A model generated the notes under the pieces. It saw only the letters and a list, made by a program, of their open reading frames with translations. It was not told the DNA's origin and did not search any database. A stretch of 64,000 nucleotides of DNA from NCBI GenBank assembly GCA_964016885.1, contig OZ024745.1, positions 66,526,001-66,590,000 of the forward strand, given 5' to 3'. This document shows positions 29,321 through 40,819 of the stretch, piece by piece. Positions within the stretch are counted from its first letter, which is position 1; each line of letters starts with the position of its first letter. The position numbers and the translations under genes were made by a program. The DNA is from Eledone cirrhosa. Its lineage: Eukaryota.

Positions 29321-29365
29321 AGTCATAGTTCTTTCGTCACACACTCTGTGACCTCTTCAGTGACT
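29321..29365 (-). ncRNA. Minimal type I hammerhead ribozyme (left arm of palindrome)
   Basis: Mirror copy of 29490..29534. Confidence 0.85.
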
Positions 29366-29489
29366 GGGGATTTCTTTCTTCGTTTCTGTGCCTTTCCTTT
29401 CTTCTATCCTACGCCATTTTGTTTTTATACAAACAAAATGGCGTAGGATAGAAGAAAGGAAAGGCACAGAAACGAAGAAAGAAATCCCC

Positions 29490-29534
29490 AGTCACTGAAG
29501 AGGTCACAGAGTGTGTGACGAAAGAACTATGACT
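29490..29534 (+). ncRNA. Minimal type I hammerhead ribozyme (right arm of palindrome)
   Basis: AGTCA-CTGAAGA-G-GTCACA(GAGTG)TGTGAC-GAAA-GAAC-TA-TGACT; one extra nt after A9; very short stem III. Confidence 0.85.
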
Positions 29535-29747
29535 ATATATATATAAACAACTATCTGGTTGTGGAACCAACCAACCAACCAGAAATTTATAAATTTGTAA
29601 ATTTATAAATATATATTAAATTAAATTGAAGTGAAAGCAACTGGTGCGTGTGTTTCTTATTGGCAACATGACCCTCCCAAAGTATAACAATATCGGTTTC
29701 AACACACGATTTCAGATAAAGAATCTTGCTAAACAAATTCAGAAACG

Positions 29748-29784
<37 letters not shown>

Positions 29785-29903
29785 GGAGGTGGGTTTTATT
29801 ATAGCACAATAAAGCAATAGAAATATCGGATAAGTAGCACTCAACAGTTTATAGGACTGGAGTATAAATAATATAAAATCAAAGTGGTTAAAAGAGTTCC
29901 ATG

Positions 29904-29974
29904 TATTTTATTATGCGCATTTCAAAAACAAATATCATCATGGCATGATATTTGCGTTCTCATTAGATAAAATA
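29904..29974 (-). ncRNA. Hammerhead motif with core mutation (CTAATGA), probably inactive
   Basis: Mirror of 30076..30146 with a G5A change. Confidence 0.7.
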
Positions 29975-30075
29975 GGGAGACATGATATGAAGTTTAAAAA
30001 AACACTTGCGAGCATACGTTGATTTATCACTTCACTGCTCGCAAGTGTTTTTTTAAGCTTCATATCATGTCTCCC

Positions 30076-30146
30076 TATTTTATCTGATGAGAACGCAAAT
30101 ATCATCCCATGATGATATTTGTTTTTGAAATGCGCATAATAAAATA
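30076..30146 (+). ncRNA. Type I hammerhead ribozyme
   Basis: TATTTTAT-CTGATGA-GAACGCAAATATCATC(CCAT)GATGATATTTGTTTTT-GAAA-TGCGCA-TA-ATAAAATA. Confidence 0.88.
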
Positions 30147-30178
30147 CATGGAACTCTTTTAACCATCTTTGATTTTAT

Positions 30179-30238
<60 letters not shown>

Positions 30239-30249
30239 AATATATATAT

Positions 30250-30288
<39 letters not shown>

Positions 30289-30887
30289 AATATATATATA
30301 TATACATATAATATATATATATATAATATATATATATGTATATATATATATGTGTGTGTGTGTATGTGTATGTAAGTATGTATTATATATATTTACATAT
30401 ATATATAATAATAATTCGGAAACAGCATGGGTTTCACAGCTAGTACCGTTTGTATCTCAGTGTACTCAATAGGTAATGTTAAGTAAATCCCGGAGTAGAC
30501 AGATAGTTAATTAACAAGCGAGTAAAATATCGGCTATTAGAAAAATCCAGTCTCCAATCGCTGTACCTATAGAATGGTAGCATTCGGCTCTAGTCTCCAA
30601 GTCCCATGGCGAGAAATAGTGCGGCAGTAACAATGGTAGTGCCCCAAATCTTTCCGGACATTAAATCCAACAGCCGATTAGACAGCGAAATAGAGTTAGT
30701 GCGCTGGTTAGAGTTTGAAGTGTAGATATGTCGATCTACCACGTGCGTAAACCGGTCAATTTCACATGTACGATTCAATAGGTGAGTGAGAGAGAAATAT
30801 ATAACAGATATTGAAGCATATATTAAACAGAACAATAAAAGTATGTGAACATTTGTTCAACTTACTCTCATTATTAATCTGCTAGTT

Positions 30888-30971
30888 TAACTTTGCCTTT
30901 CATCCTTACGGGGTCGATAACATAAAGCACCAGTAATACACTGGGATAATTGCTGGCCAAAAGTAGAAACA
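30888..30971 (+). mobile_element. 5'-truncated SINE A with 18-bp TSD
   Basis: ATTATTAATCTGC(T/A)AGTT at 30870-30887 and 30972-30989. Confidence 0.85.
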
Positions 30972-31052
30972 ATTATTAATCTGCAAGTTGGGAGGAAATA
31001 AGTTGATGGAACCAGGATGGGCTTCATAGCTAGTACTGGTTGCATCTCAGCG

Positions 31053-31435
31053 TACTTTCTTTGGTTAACTCCATATATACATACTCGCTAAACACACATA
31101 CACACACACAATATATATATTTATATATATATATGAATGAAAATAGACCGAGAAACGGGACTGTCCATCATCAGTGGTCTGATGACTATCATTGGTATTT
31201 CTTCGCATTAAAGACCAGATACCTCAAAGTCAGTGCGAGCAATAACTAAAATAAGTTATTGGGACAGAGCGAATTGGATGGGGAAAGTAAACAAACAACA
31301 TAGTAGTAATGCAACGTAAAGTGAGGAAAAGAGAGACAAGTCAATGATACTTGTGGACTTAAGTCCGAACAAATCAATATATATATATATATATATATGT
31401 ATAGTGTGTGTCTATGGAGTTAACCAAAGAAAGTA
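31053..31435. mobile_element. MITE-like segment bounded by 23-bp perfect inverted repeats
   Basis: TACTTTCTTTGGTTAACTCCATA / TATGGAGTTAACCAAAGAAAGTA. Confidence 0.55.
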
Positions 31436-31523
31436 AATACTGCCAAGTAAAAACATGTTTAAGCTCAATGTGTTCATGTCATTTTAAATAGAAATTTAAA
31501 AGAGATGCTGTTAGAATACAACA

Positions 31524-32569
31524 GAACATATACCACACATTGAGATGACACATTAGATTTCTTATACCATCTAATAGCTTTACAAATTTCTCAATACATG
31601 TTATTAAACTAATGTTTATGTTATTACAATTTAATGAAAGAATAATATATATTGAGTATAACGAAGCATTATTAAATATTGTACAGGGTGGTCTGAAGCC
31701 TTGTCATCCGTTGCCACATATTGCTTTAACTTTCATTATTTTTTGTTTTAATAATATAATATATAATAACATTAATTATAATATGTAATAATAATAATAT
31801 AATTTTCAATTTCAGAGCTCCTACAGTTTGGAAGAGAGGCTGCTTGCAAGTATATGGACACATGATCGTGTGCACTCTGGCAAGAGCATGGAGGATGTGC
31901 GACATGACTTCACAGCAAGATTCGGCAAACCAGTTTCTCCGAAGAGGACGATACTGCGATGGGAACATAAACTGTTTCTCATTACTTTTTGGTAGGGGCT
32001 GACAAGACTTTCGGACCACCCTGTATATCTTCAAAAACATTATAAACGAGTAACAGCGGTGTCCGCAAGCCCAAACGATAAACAAATGGTTGTACCTTCG
32101 TAGCACAACATGAAAATGATTTAATGTGGAAGCATATAAAGCACTTAAACTAGATATATTACTGGATTAAGGTAAAAGTAAAAATAAAGGCTAAAACTAA
32201 AATAAATCTTTAAATATTTTCATAGTTTGTGAGGCTTTTTCAATAAAATAAATAATTAAAACATTTTTAAATGATTACGAAATAAAGGTAGGAACTCATA
32301 CTTAAGCAAATTTAGTGGGGAGGAAATATATTAAATGTACATACTTAAATATATACATCACGCGTACATATATATACATTTGTATTGCTGTATTGCTTCT
32401 GAGTAGGTGCAATATTTAATAATGATTTGTTACACTCAATATATATTACTCTCTGCTTTACTAAATTGCAATAACATAAGAATTTGTTGAATAACATCTA
32501 TTAAAATATTTGTAAAGCTATTAAATAATTTAAGGAATCTATTCTGTCATCTCAATGTGTTATATATTC
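31524..32569. mobile_element. Old fold-back/DNA element with about 160-bp diverged inverted arms
   Basis: 31524-31684 vs 32407-32569 reverse-complement homology (e.g. ACACATTGAGATGACA / TGTCATCTCAATGTGT). Confidence 0.7.
31684..32023 (+). mobile_element. Internally deleted Tc1/mariner-superfamily element (DUF4817-like N-terminus), nested in the fold-back element
   Basis: TA-CAGGGTGGTCTGAAGCCTTGTCA...TGACAAGACTTTCGGACCACCCTG-TA; peptide YSLEERLLASIW...VRHDFTARFGKPVSPKRTILRWEHKLF. Confidence 0.9.
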
Positions 32570-34327
32570 GTTATATAATTTTTACAAATTTCACTCGATG
32601 GATATCGATTGAGTATAATTGAGATACATTAATATTAGAAACAAACTTCTTGAATATAAAGTTCAGGATAGGACGCAAATCCAATAAGCCTTTCTTTTCC
32701 ATTTGCCTACTCGACAAATAATTCAAAAGCAACTATCGAAGATTAAAGTTTGTAGTTACTTCTATTCATTCAAATTAACTTATATACAATTTACTTTAAG
32801 CCATGTAGTCACAATTCCGAATTGACGTCTACGACTCAGCTTTCGAACTTCAGGTACAAAAGGTGGCTCAGATGTATTGAGAGAAACGGAGGTATCACAC
32901 TGAGTAGAATCAGTAGAAACCTACACTGATGGCAATTGAAACATTTCTGGCGTTCCAGAAGTCGCTGGAAATTGATGTGACATAACATCAGGTACATCAA
33001 TTATGAACACTTCAGTTGACTTGAAGCTTCAGAAAGCGGCCAATATGTTGTCCCTTTGCTTCAAAGCACCAATAAACTGTTGATTTGTTGCGTACTTTTA
33101 GTAATCATGTATCTTGCTTAGTTTCATGTGCCTTACAAAAAGTGATCTTGGCGAAGCAAATCATATAGGCCGATGGCAAGAATAAAAAATATCCTAGCAA
33201 ATCTGAATGTAATGATTGACTCAAGCAAGAATTCTCATTGAATCGAAATTTCAGCGGGGGAAAGAAAGACAGAACCCGGTGGCAATTGATAGTGACACAA
33301 CGAAAAAGAGAGATCATTTCACGAAATGAACTAATTTCATAAAAAATTAATTTTCTTGCTAGGAGGAAGAAGTCAATGTTATTTTAGTAGGTTTCATCAT
33401 CAAGGCAGTACAGTTAAAGAACAATGTAGAAAAGTATTACGACAATCGTAGCCAAAACTAATTATCATAATTACGCCGAAGTATATATCTTTTGTGAAAT
33501 TAATTCTTAATTTCTTAAAATTAATTACTCCTCCTTTTGTGAGTTCCCACCATTTGTCACAAGCATCTTGTTTTCTTTCTTCAAATAAAAAAGAAAATTT
33601 CAGTTCGCTGAGAATTTCATGCAGAGTTAAGCTTTCCCTTTCATGCTTTCACGTTGGATAAATATAATACTACTCAAATGAGAGGGATTAATTTGTCTCC
33701 CACACGGGATGCCTTACGTTGCGGTATTTGTTCCAGCCTATTGTAATCCGAGTTCAAATTCCGCTGTTGCCTATAAAGTCACTATGAAATAGTTTGATGT
33801 CGCAACATGCATCTACTCTTCTTAACTAAGACTGAGACAATAATGTGCTGTCAAGAAGGTTTTACATTGTTAAAGTGATGATTTTTGCGTATTAATAAGG
33901 CACATTAATGAGCAGAACTTATTAGTATGCTATTATATGTGACATGCGGCGAATTGGCAACGTCGTTAAAACGTCAGATAGATTAATTTGCGTTGTACGT
34001 TTCCGCACTCTGAGCCTAAATCTCATCAAGGTCAACTTTGCTTTCATCCACTCGAGGTCAATAAAAAAAATATAATGAGTCGATTTTTTTTCTCTATCTC
34101 TTTCTTACTTCTATTCTCTCACTTACTATCCTTCTCTGGAAGAAATCTGTATACAAACCTGAAGGAGAGATGGGCTACGCCAGGTTTACAAATGCCCTAG
34201 AATCGCCGTATGTCAATTTGGCGCGTACCGACTCTCGGGAGATACGGGACCAAGGAGCATGCATAACTGATTATATTCTGGAATTTCTCAATGGTGTTTT
34301 ATTGTCAGATCTAGTAATTATAATATA

Positions 34328-34524
34328 CGCGAGTCAGCTGAACAGTTCATAGGCTGACAAAGATACCTCGGGGAATGACTAAGTGAGGTTTATTTTTCAA
34401 CATAGTCCATGGGCAAAAACAATGCATTTATTAATAAGAAGAGTTAAAATTAATGCATGCAAGACTTCACAGGTATAGCATCACTTCGTCAGAGTCAGTC
34501 TATGAACTTTTCATCCGACTTTCA
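34328..34524. mobile_element. About 200-bp mariner-type MITE
   Basis: TIRs AGTCAGCTGAACAGTTCATAGGCTGAC / GTCAGTCTATGAACTTTTCATCCGACT, TA flanks. Confidence 0.7.
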
Positions 34525-36190
34525 TATACTGAATTTTCACGGTAATGCACTGGTGTCGAATTAATCAACTTCTCCCTCCCCCAAATTGTTGACCTTGTGC
34601 TTAAATCAGAAACCAATATTCATTTCGAACATAGGTAGTACTTCTCGTATTAATAGCACTGGTAAGTGATTAAAGCGACCCTCATACATAACTTATAGAC
34701 ACCATTGGAATAAAAACATTGTTTGGTGCTGGTTGGATTTGAACGCATAACATTTGATACATTACAAATCAACTCGGAGTATTTTATTCAGCATTCCATC
34801 GCCTGTTTATCTGTATAAGATATATAAACACAAGAAGCATACATTCAATTTGAAAGTACATATCCACTCATGAAATATTCTCCATTTTCTGTCCTTTGCG
34901 TTCAGATATTTCATTTCTTCTTCTTTCTTCCTTTTTTTCTTTTTATATTTCTTCTTCCCCTTCTTATACTATTCCCAGCTACCTTCCGGTTGTTTATCAC
35001 TTCTCTTTCATCTCTCTTGTTATCCACTTTCTTTTATCAATCTGCTGCTGCACACAGGAGATTAGACACCCATTAGTCTTTGACAAGCTACAATATTGAT
35101 GACAACTTAAGATTACTACCTCAAGGCCTCTTTTGGCAAAATCAACATGACCCATTGATAAGGTTCTGGCAGTAGCTTTAGTTTGTAATACAGGGGAGAT
35201 CTGTCTTCAAAAATATCTTCTGATAATATCCATCATTCGGGATACAACAGCATCTTGTTACTATGCAAATTTAGTACTTTTTCTTCAGTGTTATTAAACT
35301 AGTCACCTTTTCGTATCTTTTCTTCTCATAGTACTTAACTAGCTTTCATATCTACTACGAAGAAGGCTACTGATTCTGTCTGGTAAAGACTTAAATTTCA
35401 AATACTTTCTTATTTGATTTAACTATATTTTATTCAGCTGCTTCTTCCTATACAATTCTTACTTATCCTCTTCAGTCATCACCTAATTGCATATTTAATG
35501 TTGCTGTTCGACATTATCTCATTTCCGCTATCTGTTATAAGTGTATTCTACATGTACGTTTCTTCATTCATCACGGCTACATTTTTCTTCTTCATTGGCA
35601 TTGCATTTTGCTCTTATTTTTCCATACCATCGGTTCCCAAATCCATTAAGATTTTAGAGAAATATAACTGTTACAATTATCAATGTTACAATAAGTGTGA
35701 TTGCCAAAAACTACATTAACCCTAATTATCTATACGTGCTCTCCAGTTTTTGCGTGTTCTTTTATGACTATGAGGTTTCTTTGGCACAATGCCATATTTT
35801 CTTTTGGATTATAATAGCGTATCCAAAATAATACTCCACTTATCAGACATGCTAATATGTCTGAAATATTTGACTGATTATTAATAAACTATTTTACTTC
35901 TGAAATATGCTAGTAGTTCCCAATCATACTCCTATACATGTGTGTGTGTCTAAAATGTTTGTGTCACAATCATAAGGTACCTGGTTCGATCCAAATATAT
36001 GGCACGCGTAAAAGATGTACCTTCCTCCAACCAATATCTTTTTTATATTTATAGATGGTAACTCGGTGGGGTTCACCATATATGAAGGGTGTCTCAAAAA
36101 GACAGCTATGTACTTGAATGTCAAATATCATCTATGTTTATTAGAAAAATTCTTATATACCTTCGTGTGGTTTGGGAAAAATCTGTGTTC

Positions 36191-36252
<62 letters not shown>

Positions 36253-36432
36253 TAATACAAGGACGATTTGTTGAGCCTTCATTACGTTTATTGATGGGTG
36301 ACGCATGTTTCGCTATTGGTCAGCTCAAGGTTCGATCTGTATCGACCTGGCCAGACTCTGGAATCAGAAACTGTCGTACTTCTGTTGTAGTAATGACAGA
36401 ATGAATATATAAGGCATATATATATATATATA

Positions 36433-36574
36433 TATAATACAAGTAAATATAAATTAATATATATGATGAAACACAAATACCAACATATCTGTGTTTATAT
36501 TGTACAATATAAACACAGATATGTTGGTATTTGTGTTTCATCATATATATTAATTTATATTTACTTGTATTATA
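36433..36574. repeat. 142-bp perfect palindrome with no spacer
   Basis: Centre TTGTACAA at 36500-36507; ORF translations on the two strands are identical over this span. Confidence 0.95.
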
Positions 36575-36646
36575 CGGCTCAGAAATATTTTTTTTCTTTG
36601 AGCTATTTCACTGTAAAGGAATGCTTGGGTTTTGAACTCAATACAC

Positions 36647-36694
<48 letters not shown>

Positions 36695-36885
36695 GGTTTG
36701 AAGGTTCACCACTGGATTGAGCTGGTCATTCCGTATGGTCAATCTTGATGTAATAATATGGAGAGTACTCAACGTAAAGCAGCTCAACCGTCTTCGTTTG
36801 TGTAGTTGGTGGTGCGAGTACGGAGTTAAATATTACAATAAAATAACAGGAGGCTGGACTTGTGTAAATCCTTGAAAGGTTTATT

Positions 36886-36943
36886 ATACTATGATCATTT
36901 CAATGACCGGGTCCCGTATGAATCCGGTGATATCATCAGGTAT
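36886..36943 (-). ncRNA. Type I hammerhead ribozyme
   Basis: ATAC-CTGATGA-TATCACCGG...CCGGTCATT-GAAA-TGATCA-TA-GTAT; palindromic stem III; base of stem II imperfect. Confidence 0.78.
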
Positions 36944-37151
36944 TCGAAATATAATAAATGAATGTAACAGATAAAATCCATGGGGCTGAATATCATAGAC
37001 CCGAGGACGACCGACCATCTAGCATCTTCCACTTTAGCCGTTCTCGAGGGCGACCGGCTAAAGTGGAAGATGCTAGATGGTCGGTCGTCCTCGGGTCTAT
37101 GATTTTCAGCCCAATGGATTTTATCTGCTACATTCATTTATTATATTTCGA

Positions 37152-37209
37152 ATACCTGATGATATCACCGGATTCATACGGAACCCGGTCATTGGAATGA
37201 TCATAGTAT
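37152..37209 (+). ncRNA. Hammerhead motif with GAAA>GGAA mutation, probably inactive
   Basis: Mirror of 36886..36943. Confidence 0.65.
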
Positions 37210-37320
37210 AATAAACCTTGCAAGGATTTACCCAAGTCCAGCCTCCTGTTATTTTATTGTTATATATATATATATATATATATAGTAATCTGTTATTTTA
37301 ATAAATATATATATATACTC

Positions 37321-37365
<45 letters not shown>

Positions 37366-38020
37366 TATGTAATTTATTTTAGCTACGTGGTGAATCTTGT
37401 TACTCTAGAATTTTACCCGTTCATTCACAAGATCACCAGACATGACTAATGATCCTGTGAGTGCAGAGCTGATAGTTCAGAGCAGCAAGACCCACCGCGC
37501 AGTCAAAATAAATTTTCTCTGGTCAGAGGTAACAGCCATAGAAATTTAACTAATTTTAACTGGTCAGTGGGAGCCAGGTGAGCAATGTGGAAATGGTTGT
37601 GATGGGGTTAGTGAAAAGGTTGATGGAATTGACATGGTGGATGTATACAATTACACATGTACATAAATATACATACATACGAACAAACATACCTACACAT
37701 ACAAACATCTTAATCCACATATGCAGGTGTTTACATATATGTCAATACGCACATACACACACACACACACACAGACACACACACGCACATATATATATAT
37801 ACTCGAAAACACAACTATGTTTATAAGACATTAAAGGAAATATATCAAATATATTTCTAAAGGTATAACAAATTATAAAGATTATATATAGAGAATTGGA
37901 TGTTGAAACGGCAAGAGCTTAGTCGTCGAGATCCGACTCTTTATATATAGCAATAATCAACTACCCCAATATCGAGCATTCACTTGAGTAATGTTCTAAC
38001 TAGTTTAAAACTTTTTCTAC

Positions 38021-38086
<66 letters not shown>

Positions 38087-38131
38087 CGTAAAATAAGAAA
38101 ATTATAAAATTAACTTACTTACTAAAATATC

Positions 38132-38213
38132 ACTTCCAACTAATTAGTTTCTAGAATGGAGTAAATATATTTTCCGAAGAAGATATTAAGAAACATTCCA
38201 TCGTCAGGGAAGT
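38132..38213 (-). ncRNA. Type I hammerhead, array copy 1
   Basis: ACTTCC-CTGACGA-TGGAATG...CATTCTA-GAAA-CTAATTAG-TT-GGAAGT. Confidence 0.85.
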
Positions 38214-38653
38214 CTATTCTCGTCTAAGTTTCCAGGCAAAGCGGGGACTCTGGAAACTTATTAAAAAATAATTCAGTGGATAGGAAATAGCAAAGCGTGG
38301 ACTGAATTCCTAGCCATTGAGAAAATCACTGCCTCTGCGTCAGTGGCAAATTCAAAAAGAATCAATCACGTGACATCGAGGTCAATCAGTGGAAAGTGGT
38401 TTGCTAATAAGACAGCGGCCTGCCTACTACCATAGCAGCAGTCATGGCCAATATTGCTCGACAAATAATTTGGAGATAATTATAAAGAATTAATATCTAG
38501 TAACATATATATACATACAGATGCATATCAATGCTAGCAAATATATAGGTTTTGTCTTAGTAACATTTTGGTTCAATGCATGGGGTTGCAGAACAATAAT
38601 ATGAGAGACGTAAAATAAGAAAATTATAAAATTAACTTACTTACTAAAATATC

Positions 38654-38735
38654 ACTTCCAACTAATCAGTTTCTGGAATGGAGTAAACATATTTTCCGAA
38701 GAAGATATTAAGAAACATTCCGTCGTCAGGGAAGT
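38654..38735 (-). ncRNA. Type I hammerhead, array copy 2
   Basis: ACTTCC-CTGACGA-CGGAATG...CATTCCA-GAAA-CTGATTAG-TT-GGAAGT. Confidence 0.85.
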
Positions 38736-39175
38736 CTATTCTCGTCTAAGTTTCCAGGCAAAGCGGGGACTCTGGAAACTTATTAAAAAATAATTCAGTG
38801 GATAGGAAATAGCAAAGCGTGGACTGAATTCCTAGCCATTGAGAAAATCACTGCCTCTGCGTCGGTGGCAAATTCAAAAAGAATCAATCACGTGACATCG
38901 AGGTCAATCAGGGGAAAGTGGTTTGCTAATAAGACAGCGGCCTGCCTACTACCATAGCAGCAGTCATGGCCAATATTGCTCGACAAATAATTTGGAGATA
39001 ATTATAAAGAATTAATATCTAGTAACAAATATATACATACAGATGCATATCAATGCTAGCAAATATATAGGTTTTGTCTTAGTACTATTGTGGTTCAATG
39101 CATGGGGTTGCAGAACAATAATATGAGAGACGTAAAATAAGAAAATTATAAAATTAACTTACTTACTAAAATATC

Positions 39176-39256
39176 ACTTCCAACTAATTAGTTTCTGGAA
39201 TGGAGTAAATATATTTTCCGAAAAGATATAAAGAAACATTCCGTCGTCAGGGAAGT
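39176..39256 (-). ncRNA. Type I hammerhead, array copy 3
   Basis: Same motif, stem III CTAATTAG. Confidence 0.85.
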
Positions 39257-39295
39257 CTATTCTCGTCTAAGTTTCCAGGCAAAGCGGGGACTCTG

Positions 39296-39409
<114 letters not shown>

Positions 39410-39410
39410 G

Positions 39411-39847
<437 letters not shown>

Positions 39848-39887
39848 AATATATCACAAATCGTGTGTCACACCTCTATTTTCTTTT

Positions 39888-39984
<97 letters not shown>

Positions 39985-40257
39985 ATATGTATGTGTGTGT
40001 ATTTATGTATTTATGTTCCTGTCCGTTTTTCTATGTAGACGCAAATACTCTTATGTGAGAAAGTATCCGTCTACGTACTTTTTAGTATATGCGCGTAGTT
40101 GAGTGTGTGTATGTTTACGTCCTGGATATTTATATTTTTATATATATATATATTTCTTTTCCCCTTTTTCCTTTTCGCCCGTTTTTTTCAGCCTCACTTT
40201 CATATTTCCTATATTTTGTTTTCAAATACATATTTAATAAATATGCCATCTTTTTTA

Positions 40258-40316
40258 TTCATTCTGAGGACTGAAGACAGACACAACATGTCTTCAAGAA
40301 ACCACTGGTAAATGAA
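40258..40316 (+). ncRNA. Type I hammerhead ribozyme
   Basis: TTCATT-CTGAGGA-C-TGAAGACA(9 nt)TGTCTTCA-A-GAAA-CCACTGG-TA-AATGAA. Confidence 0.82.
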
Positions 40317-40510
40317 ATAATTATCTTATGTTTTTTATTACATAACTAATCAACTCTGTAACCTACATAGAGCACTCTTTTTTCCTGTACCTTTCTGACG
40401 GAAATACTTCATTTATATATATATATATTCTCACACACACATAACACCCATACACATACATAATATGCATAAGGTAAGTATATACGTTCAACAATCTGGC
40501 AGAAAGGTAT

Positions 40511-40553
40511 ACGTTGCTGACGATAGCTAATAAGCTTGAAACTAGTACAGCGT
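40511..40553 (+). ncRNA. Minimal type I hammerhead upstream of PLE-2
   Basis: ACGTTG-CTGACGA-TAGCTAATAAGCTT-GAAA-CTAG-TA-CAGCGT; same family as the 48-kb array. Confidence 0.88.
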
Positions 40554-40819
40554 TCCTTTGTCAGTGTTGAACAAACGAGCAACGATGGTTGCTAGACACT
40601 ACGGCGTAATACGGGATGTTTGTTTGCAAACACACCGAACATTATAATAAATGTTCGGTGAATCCATACGTACATATATATATGTGTGCATGTATGTATA
40701 TATATATACATACTACTGTACGTCTGTATACATATATGTATGTACGTGTACATACTTAAATTTATATAAAATTCATATAAAATTTATATAAAATATATAT
40801 ATATATATAGTAATAATAA

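Larger units (their letters stand above)
29162..29693. repeat. About 532-bp palindrome (263-bp arms) made from the 3' end/pLTR of the Neptune-like PLE family
   Basis: Arms are reverse-complementary with no mismatch seen by eye, centre at 29425-29430; arm is homologous to 43299-43578. Confidence 0.95.
29868..30183. repeat. Inverted repeat (about 147-bp arms, 21-nt spacer) of the PLE-1 family pLTR
   Basis: Arms 29868-30014 and 30036-30183 with few mismatches; homologous to 25545-25670. Confidence 0.92.
36835..37260. repeat. 426-bp inverted repeat (206-bp arms, 14-nt spacer) containing paired hammerheads
   Basis: Arms 36835-37040 and 37055-37260 with a handful of mismatches; mirror ORFs 36895..37137(-) and 36958..37200(+). 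Confidence 0.95.

Noticed and set aside
31145-31200. CTGATGA on both strands near GAAAC, suggesting a hammerhead
   Set aside because: Stems II and III and GAAA cannot be placed in a valid topology
36295-36385. GAAAC..GTC/GTA half-motifs and small hairpins on both strands
   Set aside because: No CUGANGA core, so a ribozyme call is unsupported
36895-37200. Two near-identical 80-aa ORFs on opposite strands
   Set aside because: This follows from the DNA palindrome; no protein family is recognisable
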